A stretch of DNA of 64,000 bases from Candidatus Poriferihabitaceae bacterium (GTDB lineage Bacteria; Pseudomonadota; Gammaproteobacteria; Arenicellales; Poriferihabitantaceae). The notes under the pieces were generated by a model. That model was given only the letters and a program-made list of their open reading frames with translations, was not told where the DNA came from and searched no databases. Positions 20,564 through 30,950 of the stretch are shown here, piece by piece. The first letter of the stretch is position 1. The number at the start of each line of letters is the position of its first letter. The translations under genes and the position numbers were made by a program. Where the stretch lies: the NCBI GenBank assembly GCA_965243285.1, contig OZ251537.1, forward strand, positions 2,713,484 through 2,777,483, given 5' to 3'.

Positions 20564-22063
20564 ATGAACTCCCATGTTCGTGTTTATCGACCCGTTTCGA
20601 TGAAAATCACCACGGCGCGCATGTTGGCATCGGCGCTCGCCGCCTTGGCCTTGGTTTTTGCGGCCTCGAGTTACGCCGCGCAACCGCATGCCGCCGCTGG
20701 CTTGGCGGCCATCGATGTAAACGATGGCTTTGCCGATTTAGTGAGCGCGGTAAAACCGGCCGTGGTCACCATCGCCGGCGAGCGCCGGGCGTCGACAAGC
20801 CGGCAACCATTCGGGCCGCAAACGCCGGGGTTTGAAGAATTTTTCCGCCGTTTTTTTAATGCCCCGCCCGGCGGGCCAGCGCCCAAACAACCGCCTAAGG
20901 CGCACTCCATCGGCTCCGGATTCATCATCGATGCAAGCGGCTTGGTGGTGACCAACTATCATGTCATCGAACATATCGACAACATCGAAGTAGAATTGGA
21001 CGATGGCACGCGCTGGCCGGCGACGCTCAAAGGCGGCGACCAGCGCTCCGATTTGGCGTTGTTGCAAATCACCGCCGAAGGGCCGTTGCCGTATGTGAAA
21101 TTCGGCGATTCGGACGCCGCCCAAGTGGGTGATTGGGTCATCGCCATCGGCAACCCGTTCGGCCTCGGCGGCACCACCACCAGCGGCATTATTTCCGCCC
21201 GTGGGCGTGACATTCGGCGCGACCAGTTAACCGATTTCATCCAAGTCGATGCCCCCATCAATAGCGGCAATTCCGGCGGCCCGCTGTTCAACACGCGCGG
21301 CGAAGTCATCGGCATAAACACCGCCATCGCCACCCCCACCGGCGGCAATGTCGGCATCGCGTTCGCCATTCCAGCCTCCTTAGCGAGCCGCATCATCGCC
21401 CAGTTGCGCGACAAAGGCGTGGTGAATCACGGCTTTTTGGGGGTGTATTTTCAGGCCCTCAGCGCTGAAATCGCCGAGCATCTAGGGCTGGAAGAAGCGC
21501 TCGGCGCCTTGATAGCCGAAGTCGTAAAAGACAGCCCGGCGGAAAAAGCCGGCATCAAAGCCGGCGATGTCATCCTCACCTATGATGGCCGGGCGATAAA
21601 AACCATCAGCAATTTGTCCAAGTATGTGGCCCTAACCGAGCAACAAGCCCGCGTCGACATCGAAGTTTTTCGCGACGGCAAGCGCCTCACTTTGGAGGTC
21701 GCCATCGGCAAACGCGCCGCGGAAAAACAAGATTCGACCAGCCCGGATGAGGTCTCGAAATCCAACCACCTCAGCCTATCGGTAGCCGCCTTGGACGACG
21801 CCAACCGCCAAAAATATCGCCTCGATAAAAACGCGCAAGGCGTGGTCATCGTCGCGGTGATGCCGGGCGGCGCCGCGGCCCAGCAAAATTTACGCCCCGG
21901 AGACCTCATCAAACGCGTAGGCAAAACCCCCGTGAACTCCCCAGCGGAAATGCATACCGCTATCGACAGGTACTTAACCGCCGATAAAAAATCGGTGTTG
22001 CTGCTAACCGAACGCCATGGCGAAACGCGCTTCGTGGTACTGCCCATAGAGCGCCAGGATTAA
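20564..22063 (+). CDS. Periplasmic serine endoprotease, DegP/DegQ/HtrA family, two PDZ domains
   Basis: Catalytic triad context TNYHVI, DLALLQI and GNSGGPL. A signal peptide and two PDZ-like C-terminal domains are present. Confidence 0.9.
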   Translation: MNSHVRVYRPVSMKITTARMLASALAALALVFAASSYAAQPHAAAGLAAIDVNDGFADLVSAVKPAVVTIAGERRASTSRQPFGPQTPGFEEFFRRFFNAPPGGPAPKQPPKAHSIGSGFIIDASGLVVTNYHVIEHIDNIEVELDDGTRWPATLKGGDQRSDLALLQITAEGPLPYVKFGDSDAAQVGDWVIAIGNPFGLGGTTTSGIISARGRDIRRDQLTDFIQVDAPINSGNSGGPLFNTRGEVIGINTAIATPTGGNVGIAFAIPASLASRIIAQLRDKGVVNHGFLGVYFQALSAEIAEHLGLEEALGALIAEVVKDSPAEKAGIKAGDVILTYDGRAIKTISNLSKYVALTEQQARVDIEVFRDGKRLTLEVAIGKRAAEKQDSTSPDEVSKSNHLSLSVAALDDANRQKYRLDKNAQGVVIVAVMPGGAAAQQNLRPGDLIKRVGKTPVNSPAEMHTAIDRYLTADKKSVLLLTERHGETRFVVLPIERQD

Positions 22064-22212
22064 TCGATGCCATCCGCAGCGCGCTTTGGTTTTTTAAATG
22101 AAAACCGACGCCGCGCTGCGGAATTTTCATGCTGAAAATTCACAACTGCCCGCCATTCACAACCGCCATGCAATTTAAATTGCATGTATTCAAATTTCAG
22201 GCATTAAAATTA

Positions 22213-22823
22213 GGGATTTATATACCTAAATCTGCACGGTGGGTTTGGCTTTTGTTTTACTCCCCCAGATGAAGAGGGTGTGCGAAAAGCCCCCTTGTTT
22301 GATATTTTACTCTGAAATCATTTATCAAAAAAGGTACAATAGGTGCTTACAACATTCTATTGATGCATTCAATCACTTGCCATCAAAATATTATCATGCC
22401 TTTCACAAAATCATACACCGCGCATCTATCTACGCAGTGCAGTATGTTCAATAGCATGCCGCAAGTTGCCAAGAAGGCGATGACTCTTGCTGCCAACGGT
22501 AGAAAATTTATAACCGGCGAGCCTAATAAATTGTATTACGGCACCTTGTCGTTGAAACAATATTTAGAAGAAAATGGCGAGCGCGATGCTTTTATTATTC
22601 GCGACCTAAACTCATTAGACCAAATTAGGGATGAGGTAAAAACCAACAGCCGAGTCAAAAGCCAAAGCGAAAAGCCAAAGCGAAAAGCCAAAGCGAAAAG
22701 CCAAAGTCCCCCCACCAAATCAGCCCGAGCCTATCGGCTCGGACAGATTTGACTCCCCCCAGATGAAGCGGGGGAGTAAAACAAAAGCTAAAGCCGCCGT
22801 GCAGATTTAGGTCTATAAATCCC
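22213..22823. mobile_element. Internally deleted IS1182-like element (MITE-like) retaining only the transposase N-terminus
   Basis: Roughly 60-bp terminal inverted repeats (GGGATTTATATACCTAAATCTGCACGGTGG...TTTTACTCCCCC). The internal ORF matches the first ~90 aa of the transposase at 23849, then runs into microsatellite. Confidence 0.75.
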
Positions 22824-22828
22824 TTAAA

Positions 22829-22867
22829 AAACGCCAATCGAACTGCAGATTTAGGTCTATAAATCCC
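22829..22867. repeat. Additional solo element end (AACGCCAATCGAACTGCAGATTTAGGTCTATAAATCCC)
   Basis: Same sequence as the right end of the MITE at 9620-9657. Confidence 0.7.
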
Positions 22868-22932
22868 ATATATAATGTTGCCTTGCTCGCATTAATGTCA
22901 TCGTGCGCCCACTTCATCGCATCGAAAAATCC

Positions 22933-23583
22933 ATGAGCACATTCCGCCCCTTAGACGATAAGGCGACCGCCGCCACCGATGCCATTTTAGATTTTTGGTT
23001 CGGTCGCGATGCCTACGCCCGCACCGCCACCGCCATCGCGGGCGAACAAAGCGCGCTGTGGTGGTCTAAAAATGACGCCACCGATGCCGACATCCGCCGC
23101 CGTTTCGAAGCCTTCAGCGCCGCTGCGGTCAGCGGCCAACTGGCCGATTGGGAGGGCACGCCGCGCGGTTTGCTGGCGCTGATTATCTGCACCGACCAAT
23201 TTCCGCGCAATATGTATCGCGACACCGCCCAAGCCTTCGCCGCCGATGCCGCGGCTTTGAAATTCGCCAATCAATTTGGTCGAATGAGCGGCAGCCTGTG
23301 GACACAACCCATCCAACGCGTGTTCGCCTATTTGCCTTTCGAGCATAGCGAGCGCATGGACGACCAAATTTCATCGGTAAGTGGCTATGAAATGCTGGTC
23401 CACCGCGCCGCCCGCGCATCGGCGGAAGAAATTGCCTTGTTCGAAGGCTATCTCGATTTCGCGCGCCAGCATCACGCCATCATCAAACGCTTCGGGCGCT
23501 TTCCGCATCGCAATAAAATTCTCGGGCGGCAGTCGACGGCGGAAGAGCTCGAATTCCTAACCCAGCCGGGGTCTTCTTTTTAA
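22933..23583 (+). CDS. DUF924-family protein
   Basis: ILDFWFG..., GLLALIICTDQFPRNMYR and AFAADAAAL resemble the DUF924 signature as I recall it. Confidence 0.75.
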   Translation: MSTFRPLDDKATAATDAILDFWFGRDAYARTATAIAGEQSALWWSKNDATDADIRRRFEAFSAAAVSGQLADWEGTPRGLLALIICTDQFPRNMYRDTAQAFAADAAALKFANQFGRMSGSLWTQPIQRVFAYLPFEHSERMDDQISSVSGYEMLVHRAARASAEEIALFEGYLDFARQHHAIIKRFGRFPHRNKILGRQSTAEELEFLTQPGSSF

Positions 23584-23605
23584 TACATGTAATTTGCATA
23601 TAGGT

Positions 23606-25083
23606 AATTTTAGGGGGCTGCGTTTGTTTTTTGCTTTTGATTTGGCTTTTGGCTTTTGCTGTTAACGCTTTACTCCCCCCAGAGGAAGAGGGTGTGCGAA
23701 AAGCCCCCTTGTTTGATATTTTACTCTGAAATCATTTATCAAAAAAGGTACAATAGGCGCTTACAACATTCCATTGATGCATTCCATTGATGCATTCCAT
23801 CAATGCATTTTATTGATGCATTCAATCACTTGCCATCAAAATATTATCATGCCTTCCACAAAATCATACACCGCGCATCTATCTACGCAGTGCAGTATGT
23901 TCAATAGCATGCCGCAAGTTGCCAAGAAGGCGATGACTCTTGCTGCCAACGGTAGAAAATTTATAACCGGCGAGCCTAATAAATTGTATTACGGCACCTT
24001 GTCGTTGAAACAATATTTAGAAGAAAATGGCGAGCGCGATGCTTTTATTATTCGCGACCTATTAGAAGAACAAAACTGGCGCGCCTTTGAGTCCACCTAT
24101 TCACACACCGGCAGAGCGCCCTATGCGCCGATGGCGATGATGGGGTTGCTCGTGCTGGCCATCATCAACGGCGTGCATTCGCTGCGCGGGATAAAGAAAT
24201 TCGCTGGTTTTAATTTAGCGGCGCAGTGGGTTTCTGGCGGCATTTGCCCGCAGTATAAAAGTTCGCTGCCGTGAGAAAAGCTGCGGTGTTTTTGATAAAA
24301 GAAATTTTATTTTTGACGAGCAGAGCAATAGTTATACATGCCTTGCTGGCCATCGACTTATAGAGACCTATAGAGAAGCAAACAGAGTCAGATACGCGAG
24401 TAAAAGTTGTGGCGCTTGCGCGCTGAAATCGAAGTGCACTACATCAAAAACAGGTGGTGTTATATATCGCTATCATGGCGATGCGGAAATGGCTGCTTGG
24501 AGGGCAAGCATGGCAGGAGAAGACCCGCGGAAATATTCCAACTTACGCGCTGCATCAGTTGAGACAGTATATTCAATGATACGCGGCGTGCAGCAGTTGA
24601 ATAGATTTAGGCGGCGTGGATTAGCCGCGGTGCGTCTTGAATTTGGCATGCACGCGGTGGCTTATAATGTCAATCGGTTAATAGCGCTATCGCAGCCAAA
24701 AATGATCTAAAAACATGTTTTTTAGCCACATAAAAGAATGTAATAACGATTTACTTGTTGTAATAGCCATTTATTTTGCATACTTTAGTTAACTATAATA
24801 AAAATTATTAATAAATTATTAATAAATTATTGATATGTGATATTCCTCACTTTTTTTTCAATAATCACCCGCAGAAAAATCAAAATACAGCATTTTACTT
24901 TGCGATATTAAAATAACCAAAACCGAGTTTTAGAACACCCTCATTAAAGCGGGGGAGTAAAGCGTAACAGCCAAAGCTAAAAGCCAAAAGCGAAAAATCA
25001 AAGCGAAAAATCAAAGCGAAAAGCCAAAGCGAAAAATCAAAAGCCAAATCAAAACCACTGTGCAGATTTAGATATATAAATCC
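23606..25083. mobile_element. IS1182-family insertion sequence remnant (left outermost end missing, catalytic core deleted)
   Basis: The subterminal repeat GCTGTTA(A)CGCTTTACTCCCCC occurs in inverted orientation at both ends. The right end finishes with TGCAGATTTAGATATATAAATCC. Confidence 0.75.
23849..24710 (+). pseudogene. IS1182-family transposase, internally deleted and frameshifted
   Basis: The N-terminal DUF772-like region (GRAPYAPMAMMGLLVLAIINGVHSLRGI...NLAAQWVSG) stops at 24274. The C-terminal part (Cys-rich CGACALKSKC, then VETVYSMIRG...RFRRRGLAAVRLEFGMHAVAYNVNRL) lies in another frame. The DDE core is absent. Confidence 0.75.
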
Positions 25084-25232
25084 TTTACATATGTATATGC
25101 GCCAGGCGCGTCGGCTGGAATTTTGCGCTGGCCGTAGTGTGCTGGTAGTATTGCGGCTGCGACCGGCCACGCAGTGGTGCGCGGTTTAACGCCGCCCGGG
25201 TCGCCGCCAATCCATCTCATATTCGCCCTGAA

Positions 25233-25715
25233 ATGGCCGTCCGATTATTCCTTGCACTGGTGGCGCTTGTGGGCGTCATGTGGCTCATCACGCGGTACAA
25301 AAAAGCCGACGCGGCGCGCCGCAATCGCGCCTTGCGCAACATATTGCTGTGCGGCATCGGCATCGTCATCGTGGCGCTGGCAGTGAGCGGGCGCATTCCG
25401 GTGTTGTTCGCCATCGTCGGCGCGGCCTTGCCGTGGCTGAACCGGTTATTGACGGTGCGCCAACTCTGGAAAACCTTCACCGCCTTTCGCAAGCCCGCCG
25501 GCGGCCAGCCAAACGGCGCGCCAAACGCGTCCGCCGCCGCGCTTGATATCGCCGAGGCTTATGAGATTCTCGGCTTGGCCGCCGGTGCTAGTGAGTCGGA
25601 AATCATCGAAGCCCATCGCAAATTAATGCAAAAAGTACACCCCGACCGCGGCGGCTCGGATTACCTCGCGGCGCGCATCAATCAAGCTAAGGAAATTTTG
25701 CTGAATGCGGCCTGA
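25233..25715 (+). CDS. Membrane-anchored J-domain (DnaJ-like) protein
   Basis: Two N-terminal hydrophobic helices and a C-terminal J domain (AYEILGL...KVHPDRGG). Confidence 0.75.
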   Translation: MAVRLFLALVALVGVMWLITRYKKADAARRNRALRNILLCGIGIVIVALAVSGRIPVLFAIVGAALPWLNRLLTVRQLWKTFTAFRKPAGGQPNGAPNASAAALDIAEAYEILGLAAGASESEIIEAHRKLMQKVHPDRGGSDYLAARINQAKEILLNAA

Positions 25716-27132
25716 CAATTTTAAATCCCAAGCCGGCCGCCGCGGCCAACTCAGCCCCAGGTGGCAACGCGCCATGCGGGCGTGGTATGAATCCGCTAAG
25801 TGGATTCATCCGCCAACATGGCGCGCGCCCAATTTATCGGAATGGTTTTCTAAAGGGTTGTCTAAAGGGGCGACATCCGCCGCATTCGCGCAGCCGACTA
25901 AACGGATGTGGCGGCGCTGGTTGTGCGGCGTTTGGGTGGGCGCGGCGCTGGCGGTTGCCTGGCCGGCTGGCATCAGCGCCGTCGACGCCGAACACGGCGC
26001 CACTTGGGGAATCGATGCGCAGATGATATCCGCCGCCATCACCCCAGGGGTCGCCCGCCATCGCTTGCCGCGGGAAATTTCCTTGCCGCAAGTGGGCCTC
26101 GACGGCGATTTTTCGGTGCGCTACACCATCGATGCGGCGCTGCAAGGCGAGGCCGATAGATTGCTGAAAAAATACCATCCGGATTATGGCGCGTTGGCCG
26201 TGCTCGATGCCGATAGCGGGCGCGTGTTAGCCATGGCCAGCAGCGCCCGCGACGGCAGCGAGCCCGGCAACATGACCATGCGTAACAGCTACCCGGCGGC
26301 GTCGGTGTTCAAAATCGTCACCGCAGTGGCGGCCGTGAACGAAAATAAACTCGCCGCCCAGAGCGTGCTGCCGTTCAACGGCAAGTCCACCTCGTTGTAT
26401 AAAAAAAATGTGTTCGAGCATCGCGATAACCAATGGACGCGGCGCTACTCCTTCCGCGAATCTTTCGCATACTCGGTGAATTCAATATTTGGGCGGGTCG
26501 GCTCGGTGGTGCTGGGCGGCGACGCCATGCTGGATTATGCGCAGCGGCTGGGCTTCAATCGGCGCTTCCATTCGGATTTCGGGTTCGATGCCGGCATGGT
26601 CGAAGTCGACACCGCCGATGCCTGGCAAGTGGCGGAAATGGCCTCCGGCTACACCCGCCGCAACACCTTATCGCCACTGCACGGCGCGGCGCTGGCGGCG
26701 ACGGCGATAAACGGCGGGCATTTGGTGGCGCCGGCGCTGGTGGAAAGCATCATCGGCCCCAACGGCGTACCGCTTTATCACTATGCGCAGCCGCCCAAGC
26801 GCCCGGTGATGAGCCGCCAAACGGCGCTGGAATTGCAACACATGATGCGCGCCACGGTCGCTTTCGGCTCGTCGCGAAAAGCCTTCGCGAACTTCCATCG
26901 CCGGGCTTTGAAAGAGGTCGTGGTCGGCGGCAAAACCGGTTCGTTGAGCGGGCGCATCCCGCCGGGAAAATACGATTGGTTCGTCGGCTTCGCCCAATTG
27001 GACGGCCGCAAAATCGCCTACGCGGTGCTGTGCATCAACAAAAAAAAGTGGTATGTGAAATCCACCCAGCTGGCGAGGGAAATGCTCGAGTTTTATTTCA
27101 GCGAGCTGCAAAAAACTGTCGCCGCTTCATAA
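25705..27132 (+). CDS. Penicillin-binding protein, transpeptidase domain
   Basis: SxxK (ASVFK), SxN (YSVNS) and KTG (GKTGS) motifs. The true start may be the Met at 25906, before the hydrophobic anchor. Confidence 0.8.
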   Translation: MRPDNFKSQAGRRGQLSPRWQRAMRAWYESAKWIHPPTWRAPNLSEWFSKGLSKGATSAAFAQPTKRMWRRWLCGVWVGAALAVAWPAGISAVDAEHGATWGIDAQMISAAITPGVARHRLPREISLPQVGLDGDFSVRYTIDAALQGEADRLLKKYHPDYGALAVLDADSGRVLAMASSARDGSEPGNMTMRNSYPAASVFKIVTAVAAVNENKLAAQSVLPFNGKSTSLYKKNVFEHRDNQWTRRYSFRESFAYSVNSIFGRVGSVVLGGDAMLDYAQRLGFNRRFHSDFGFDAGMVEVDTADAWQVAEMASGYTRRNTLSPLHGAALAATAINGGHLVAPALVESIIGPNGVPLYHYAQPPKRPVMSRQTALELQHMMRATVAFGSSRKAFANFHRRALKEVVVGGKTGSLSGRIPPGKYDWFVGFAQLDGRKIAYAVLCINKKKWYVKSTQLAREMLEFYFSELQKTVAAS

Positions 27133-27156
27133 CATTATCAATATTCAAATTAAATT

Positions 27157-28053
27157 ATGAAACAATATTTAGATGCGGTGCGCGAAACCTTGGCCAAAGG
27201 CACGCGCAAACCCAACCGCACCGGCATCGATACCATCTCCACCTTCAACATCAATTATGAGATAGATTTAACCGCCGGTTTTCCGCTGCTGACCACCAAA
27301 GCCATCTCGTGGAAAAACATCGTCATCGAAAATCTATGGTTTTTATCCGGCGCTTCTGACATCGCGGCGCTGCGAAAACATGAGTGCAATTTCTGGGAGC
27401 CATGGGCTGATGCCGACGGCCAGGTGCCCAGTGCCTACGGTAATTTTTGGCGGCATTTTCCGCTGCCCGATGGCGGGCACAACGATCAACTCGCCTATGT
27501 GGTCGAGCAATTGCGCACAAACCCCATGAGCCGCCGCATGGTGGTGTCGGCGTGGGCGCCGGGCAACGCCCAAAGCAGCGCCCTGCCGCCGTGCCACGCC
27601 ATGTGGGTGCTGAATGTGCAATTAGACGCGCACCGCGCGCCATCGCTATGCCTGCACTTGACGCAACGCAGTTGCGACATCGCCCTCGGCGTGCCGTACA
27701 ACATCGCCGGCTATGCCTTATTGCTGGAATTATTGGCGCGCTTCGGCCATATGCCGGCCGGCATTTTCGCCCATACTTTGGTGGATGCGCACATCTACAC
27801 CGCCGCCGATGGCCATGGCGAGGGCGATGACGATAGCGGCGTCGATAACGCGCAGTACGATCACATCCCCGGCCTCAAACAACAACTCAAACGCGCCCCG
27901 CGCCCCTTGCCCACTTTGGACATCGACCCGTCGATTAAATCGTTGGACGATTTAACGCCGTTGCTGGCGCTGCCCACCGACGCCCTTATGAAAAAATTTC
28001 GCCTGCATAATTATCATCCGCACCCGGCGATTCATTTCACGGTCGCGGTATAA
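27157..28053 (+). CDS. thyA: Thymidylate synthase
   Basis: MKQYLD...RTGIDTIS, LPPCHAMW and RSCDIALGVPYNIA. It contains an acidic insert (GHGEGDDDSGVDN). Confidence 0.95.
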   Translation: MKQYLDAVRETLAKGTRKPNRTGIDTISTFNINYEIDLTAGFPLLTTKAISWKNIVIENLWFLSGASDIAALRKHECNFWEPWADADGQVPSAYGNFWRHFPLPDGGHNDQLAYVVEQLRTNPMSRRMVVSAWAPGNAQSSALPPCHAMWVLNVQLDAHRAPSLCLHLTQRSCDIALGVPYNIAGYALLLELLARFGHMPAGIFAHTLVDAHIYTAADGHGEGDDDSGVDNAQYDHIPGLKQQLKRAPRPLPTLDIDPSIKSLDDLTPLLALPTDALMKKFRLHNYHPHPAIHFTVAV

Positions 28054-28608
28054 ATGGGCGATGTACACAGCGCCGCCGCGGCGCCCTTGCGCGGCGCCAT
28101 AGTCGCCATGACATCGCAGCGCGTTATCGGCGTGGACGGCGGCTTGCCATGGCATTACCGCGCCGATTTAATGCGCTTCCGCCAACGCACCATGGGCTGC
28201 GCCATCATTATGGGGCGGGTCACTTGGGATTCCATCGGCGGCAAAGCGCTGCCTGGTCGGCGCAACATGGTGTTGAGTCGATCGGGCCGCTTAGTGGATT
28301 CGGGTGACTCAGGTGACTCAGGTGATTCGGGCGACGCTTCGCCAGTCGAACACTATGGCGATTTGGATGCCGCCTTCGCCGCTTGCCACAACATGGATGC
28401 ATGGGTTATCGGCGGCGCGCAAATTTATCGAGCGGCGCTGTCGCGGCTCAACTTATTGGATGTAACCTATGTGCCGGATATCATCAGCGGCGCCGCGACG
28501 CGTTTTCCGCGCATCGATGGGGCGCATTGGCGAGAAGTCGAGCGCTGCGTTTTACCGGGTAAGCCAGTGCTCACCAACATCATTTATCACCGCATCCCTA
28601 CTCCGTAA
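28054..28608 (+). CDS. folA: Dihydrofolate reductase
   Basis: VIGVDGGLPWH, GRVTWDSIG and VIGGAQIY, with an in-frame DSGDSGDSGDSGD repeat insert. The start may be the Met at 28108. Confidence 0.9.
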   Translation: MGDVHSAAAAPLRGAIVAMTSQRVIGVDGGLPWHYRADLMRFRQRTMGCAIIMGRVTWDSIGGKALPGRRNMVLSRSGRLVDSGDSGDSGDSGDASPVEHYGDLDAAFAACHNMDAWVIGGAQIYRAALSRLNLLDVTYVPDIISGAATRFPRIDGAHWREVERCVLPGKPVLTNIIYHRIPTP

Positions 28609-28667
28609 ATCGGCCCGGTAAATCCACCCCGTAAATCGGCCCGGTAAAACCACCCCGTCATGCATCC

Positions 28668-28982
28668 ATGGGCAAACGCGTTTTCAACACCTACCACGCC
28701 TCGGCGGCGGAAATCCACGGCGTAAAAACCGCGCTTGCCGCCGCCCACATCCCCCACTACGAAACTCACAAAGGCAAATGGGGCGTCGGCTCGGCCGCCC
28801 TGTGGGCAACCGACCCCGCCGACTACCCCGCCGCCCGAGCCGCCATCGATGAATTCCAGCACCAATGGGCAGCCCAAGTACGCCAACAAGCCACCCCCAC
28901 CACCATCAACTGGGCAAAACTCCCCGCCCTACTCGCCACCATCGCCGTGGTGTTGTATTTGACTTTGTTTTGGTATTTCTAA
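28668..28982 (+). CDS. Small hypothetical protein with a C-terminal hydrophobic helix
   Basis: ORF with codon usage like its neighbours and a C-terminal LPALLATIAVVLYLTLFWYF helix. No family was confidently recognised. Confidence 0.4.
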   Translation: MGKRVFNTYHASAAEIHGVKTALAAAHIPHYETHKGKWGVGSAALWATDPADYPAARAAIDEFQHQWAAQVRQQATPTTINWAKLPALLATIAVVLYLTLFWYF

Positions 28983-30115
28983 CCGGTAGCGAGCGGTTTT
29001 ATGGCGATTTTATTCGCCTTTTTCTTCTCGCCCTTGCACATTTCTTCGACGAGTTGCATCGCTTTTTGCAGACGCTCCACAGTGGCATCAAAATCAATGG
29101 TGCCGTCTTCCTTGGTCGACAAGTGTTTATCACTATTGTTCTCAAACGATATAACTGCGAAATTAATTGTCTTTGCAGTAGTCGTCTTTGCTGGATTAAT
29201 AAAACGAGCCGGTTTATTCACCTTAATGCCATCAACAAGCGGCGCGGTTTTTTTGGCTAGTTTTAATAAAGACCACAAGATATCTCCTTTCGTCTCTTCA
29301 CCATTGTGTTTGCGCGCACGAATTGTCAATCTCTTTTTAAGATCGATATTCAAATAAACCTCGTAACCTAATGCTTGCCAAAAAGTCTTTGGCTGCCACC
29401 ATAAATGCAGCTCACCATGACCTACATATCCCCAACGCTTAGCCCATACATCGTTACCAATTCTACCGTCATTCTCAATGGCGAGAAAATATCCTTCGAC
29501 CGCATGCTTGCTCCATTCTTTGCATGGAAAAAGCATATTGGTGTCGTCTTCAATTTTCTGCAAATTTTTCCGAAATTCCTCAATGATGTTATTCCCCGTT
29601 TCCATGTGCCGACCGAGAACTTTTAGCAAATCTCATCTGAAAAAAAGCCCATCACAATTGTCATTTCCTTTTGTCGGCCAGGTGTGTTTTGATTCATTGC
29701 CAGTTTTTAAATACACGGCAACAGAACCTGGAAATTTTTTCTTATATCTCTTGATTTGGTTGGAGTGTTTTTTGGCATTCACCTTGTCTTCAATGATCAA
29801 GTGCTTTGATGCATTGATTGTGACTAAAACATCGACATTTTTTACCTGGGTTTTAACCAGCACAGTGTCGATTTTTTTGACTGGGCTTGTGTCGTGTTCC
29901 GCAACCGCTTCCAACAAAGCACGCAACAAATCATCGCCCAAAGCATGGAGTTTTGGCTCGGTGTTTTTATATTCAGGGTCAGCCCAGGCGAGTACATAAG
30001 CCAGCGCTGCATCTTGCGACAATTCGGAAGTCGCATACTCAAAAATGTTGGGGGTTTTCATGGGTAGTATCCTCCAAGTTAAGATGGAAAAATCGAAAAA
30101 GTGGGTGCCAATCAA
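28979..30115 (-). pseudogene. PD-(D/E)XK nuclease-family gene (about 378 codons) interrupted by one in-frame TGA at 29633-29635
   Basis: The N-terminal part has NIFEY..SE..QDAALAYVLAW, NVDVLV and IIEDKVNAKKHSNQIKRY (D...ExK...Q..RY). ORFs 29633-30115 and 28979-29629 share one frame, separated only by TGA-GAT. AT-rich. Confidence 0.6.
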
Positions 30116-30910
30116 TCCACCGCTAATTTATCTTGGCGTTGGTCTTGGCACATTTTTTGGACTAGTTGCATGGCGTCTACCAAGCGCTGCACAGTGGCAT
30201 CGAAATCGATGATGTCGTCTTTATCGGTCGCCAAGTACTGGTCGCTAGCGCCTGCGAAAGATAGGGTCGCCACATTGGATGTTATGGCTGATTTAAATAG
30301 AGTCGGCTGAGTCACTTTAATGCCACCGATAAGCGGAGCGCAATTTTGGGCGCTTTCGAATAAAGCCTGCAATTTATCGACTTTTACCGCGTCACCTGCT
30401 AAATCGCGGGCGCGAATGGCTAGTCCTTTGCGATTATCTTTGCGATTATCTTTGCGCAAATGTTGCTCATCTATCTGCAAATAAATCTTGCACCCCAACG
30501 CTTGCCAACAGGGTTTTGGATGCCCCCAAAAAACCTGCCGGCCGTGTGGCCGCGCGGCGAGATATTCCCACTTTTTAAAGTAATCCGCGCCACCCAATCT
30601 CGGCTCATTCTCCAAAGCATTAAAATAACCTTGGTAGGGTTTACCTTCATGATTTTCGCAATACTCGACAAAATTCTCATAATCACTATCATGGGTTGAC
30701 ACATGGGTTGACACATGGGTTGACATGGTAATGCTCGAATTTATGTTTTTATAGTCGGAATCAGAATCCGCTCGACAAAAATTATGCAACATATCAGCGC
30801 CTAATGCATGCATTTTTAGGTGAGTTTTTTCGTATCTTTGGTGTGCCCATGCGAACACCTAGGCCAGCCCGGTATAGGCCGGCGCGCAGTCAAGAATATG
30901 CGGGGTTTTC
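30112..30910 (-). pseudogene. Tandem paralogue of the PD-(D/E)XK gene, lacking the nuclease core and carrying an in-frame TAG
   Basis: MKTPHILD...TAG...FAWAHQRYEK..LKMHALGADML parallels the neighbour's N-terminus. The C-terminal 190 aa align (CWQALGCKIYLQID, APLIGGIKV, DFDATVQRLVDAMQLV). The D/ExK segment is replaced by a STHV repeat. Confidence 0.55.
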
Positions 30911-30950
30911 ATTAGCAATATCCAAATTAAAATACAAAAGTTGACTTACC

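Noticed and set aside
22360-22752. 130-aa ORF as a genuine gene
   Set aside because: It is a chimera: the first part equals the transposase N-terminus, and the remainder (KSQSEKPKRKAKAKSQS) is translated microsatellite from the element end.
29630-29635. In-frame TGA as selenocysteine or programmed read-through
   Set aside because: I saw no obvious SECIS-like hairpin immediately downstream. The position is not a conserved Cys-like catalytic site, and the neighbouring paralogue is independently broken by TAG and a deletion. Decay or a sequencing error is more parsimonious.
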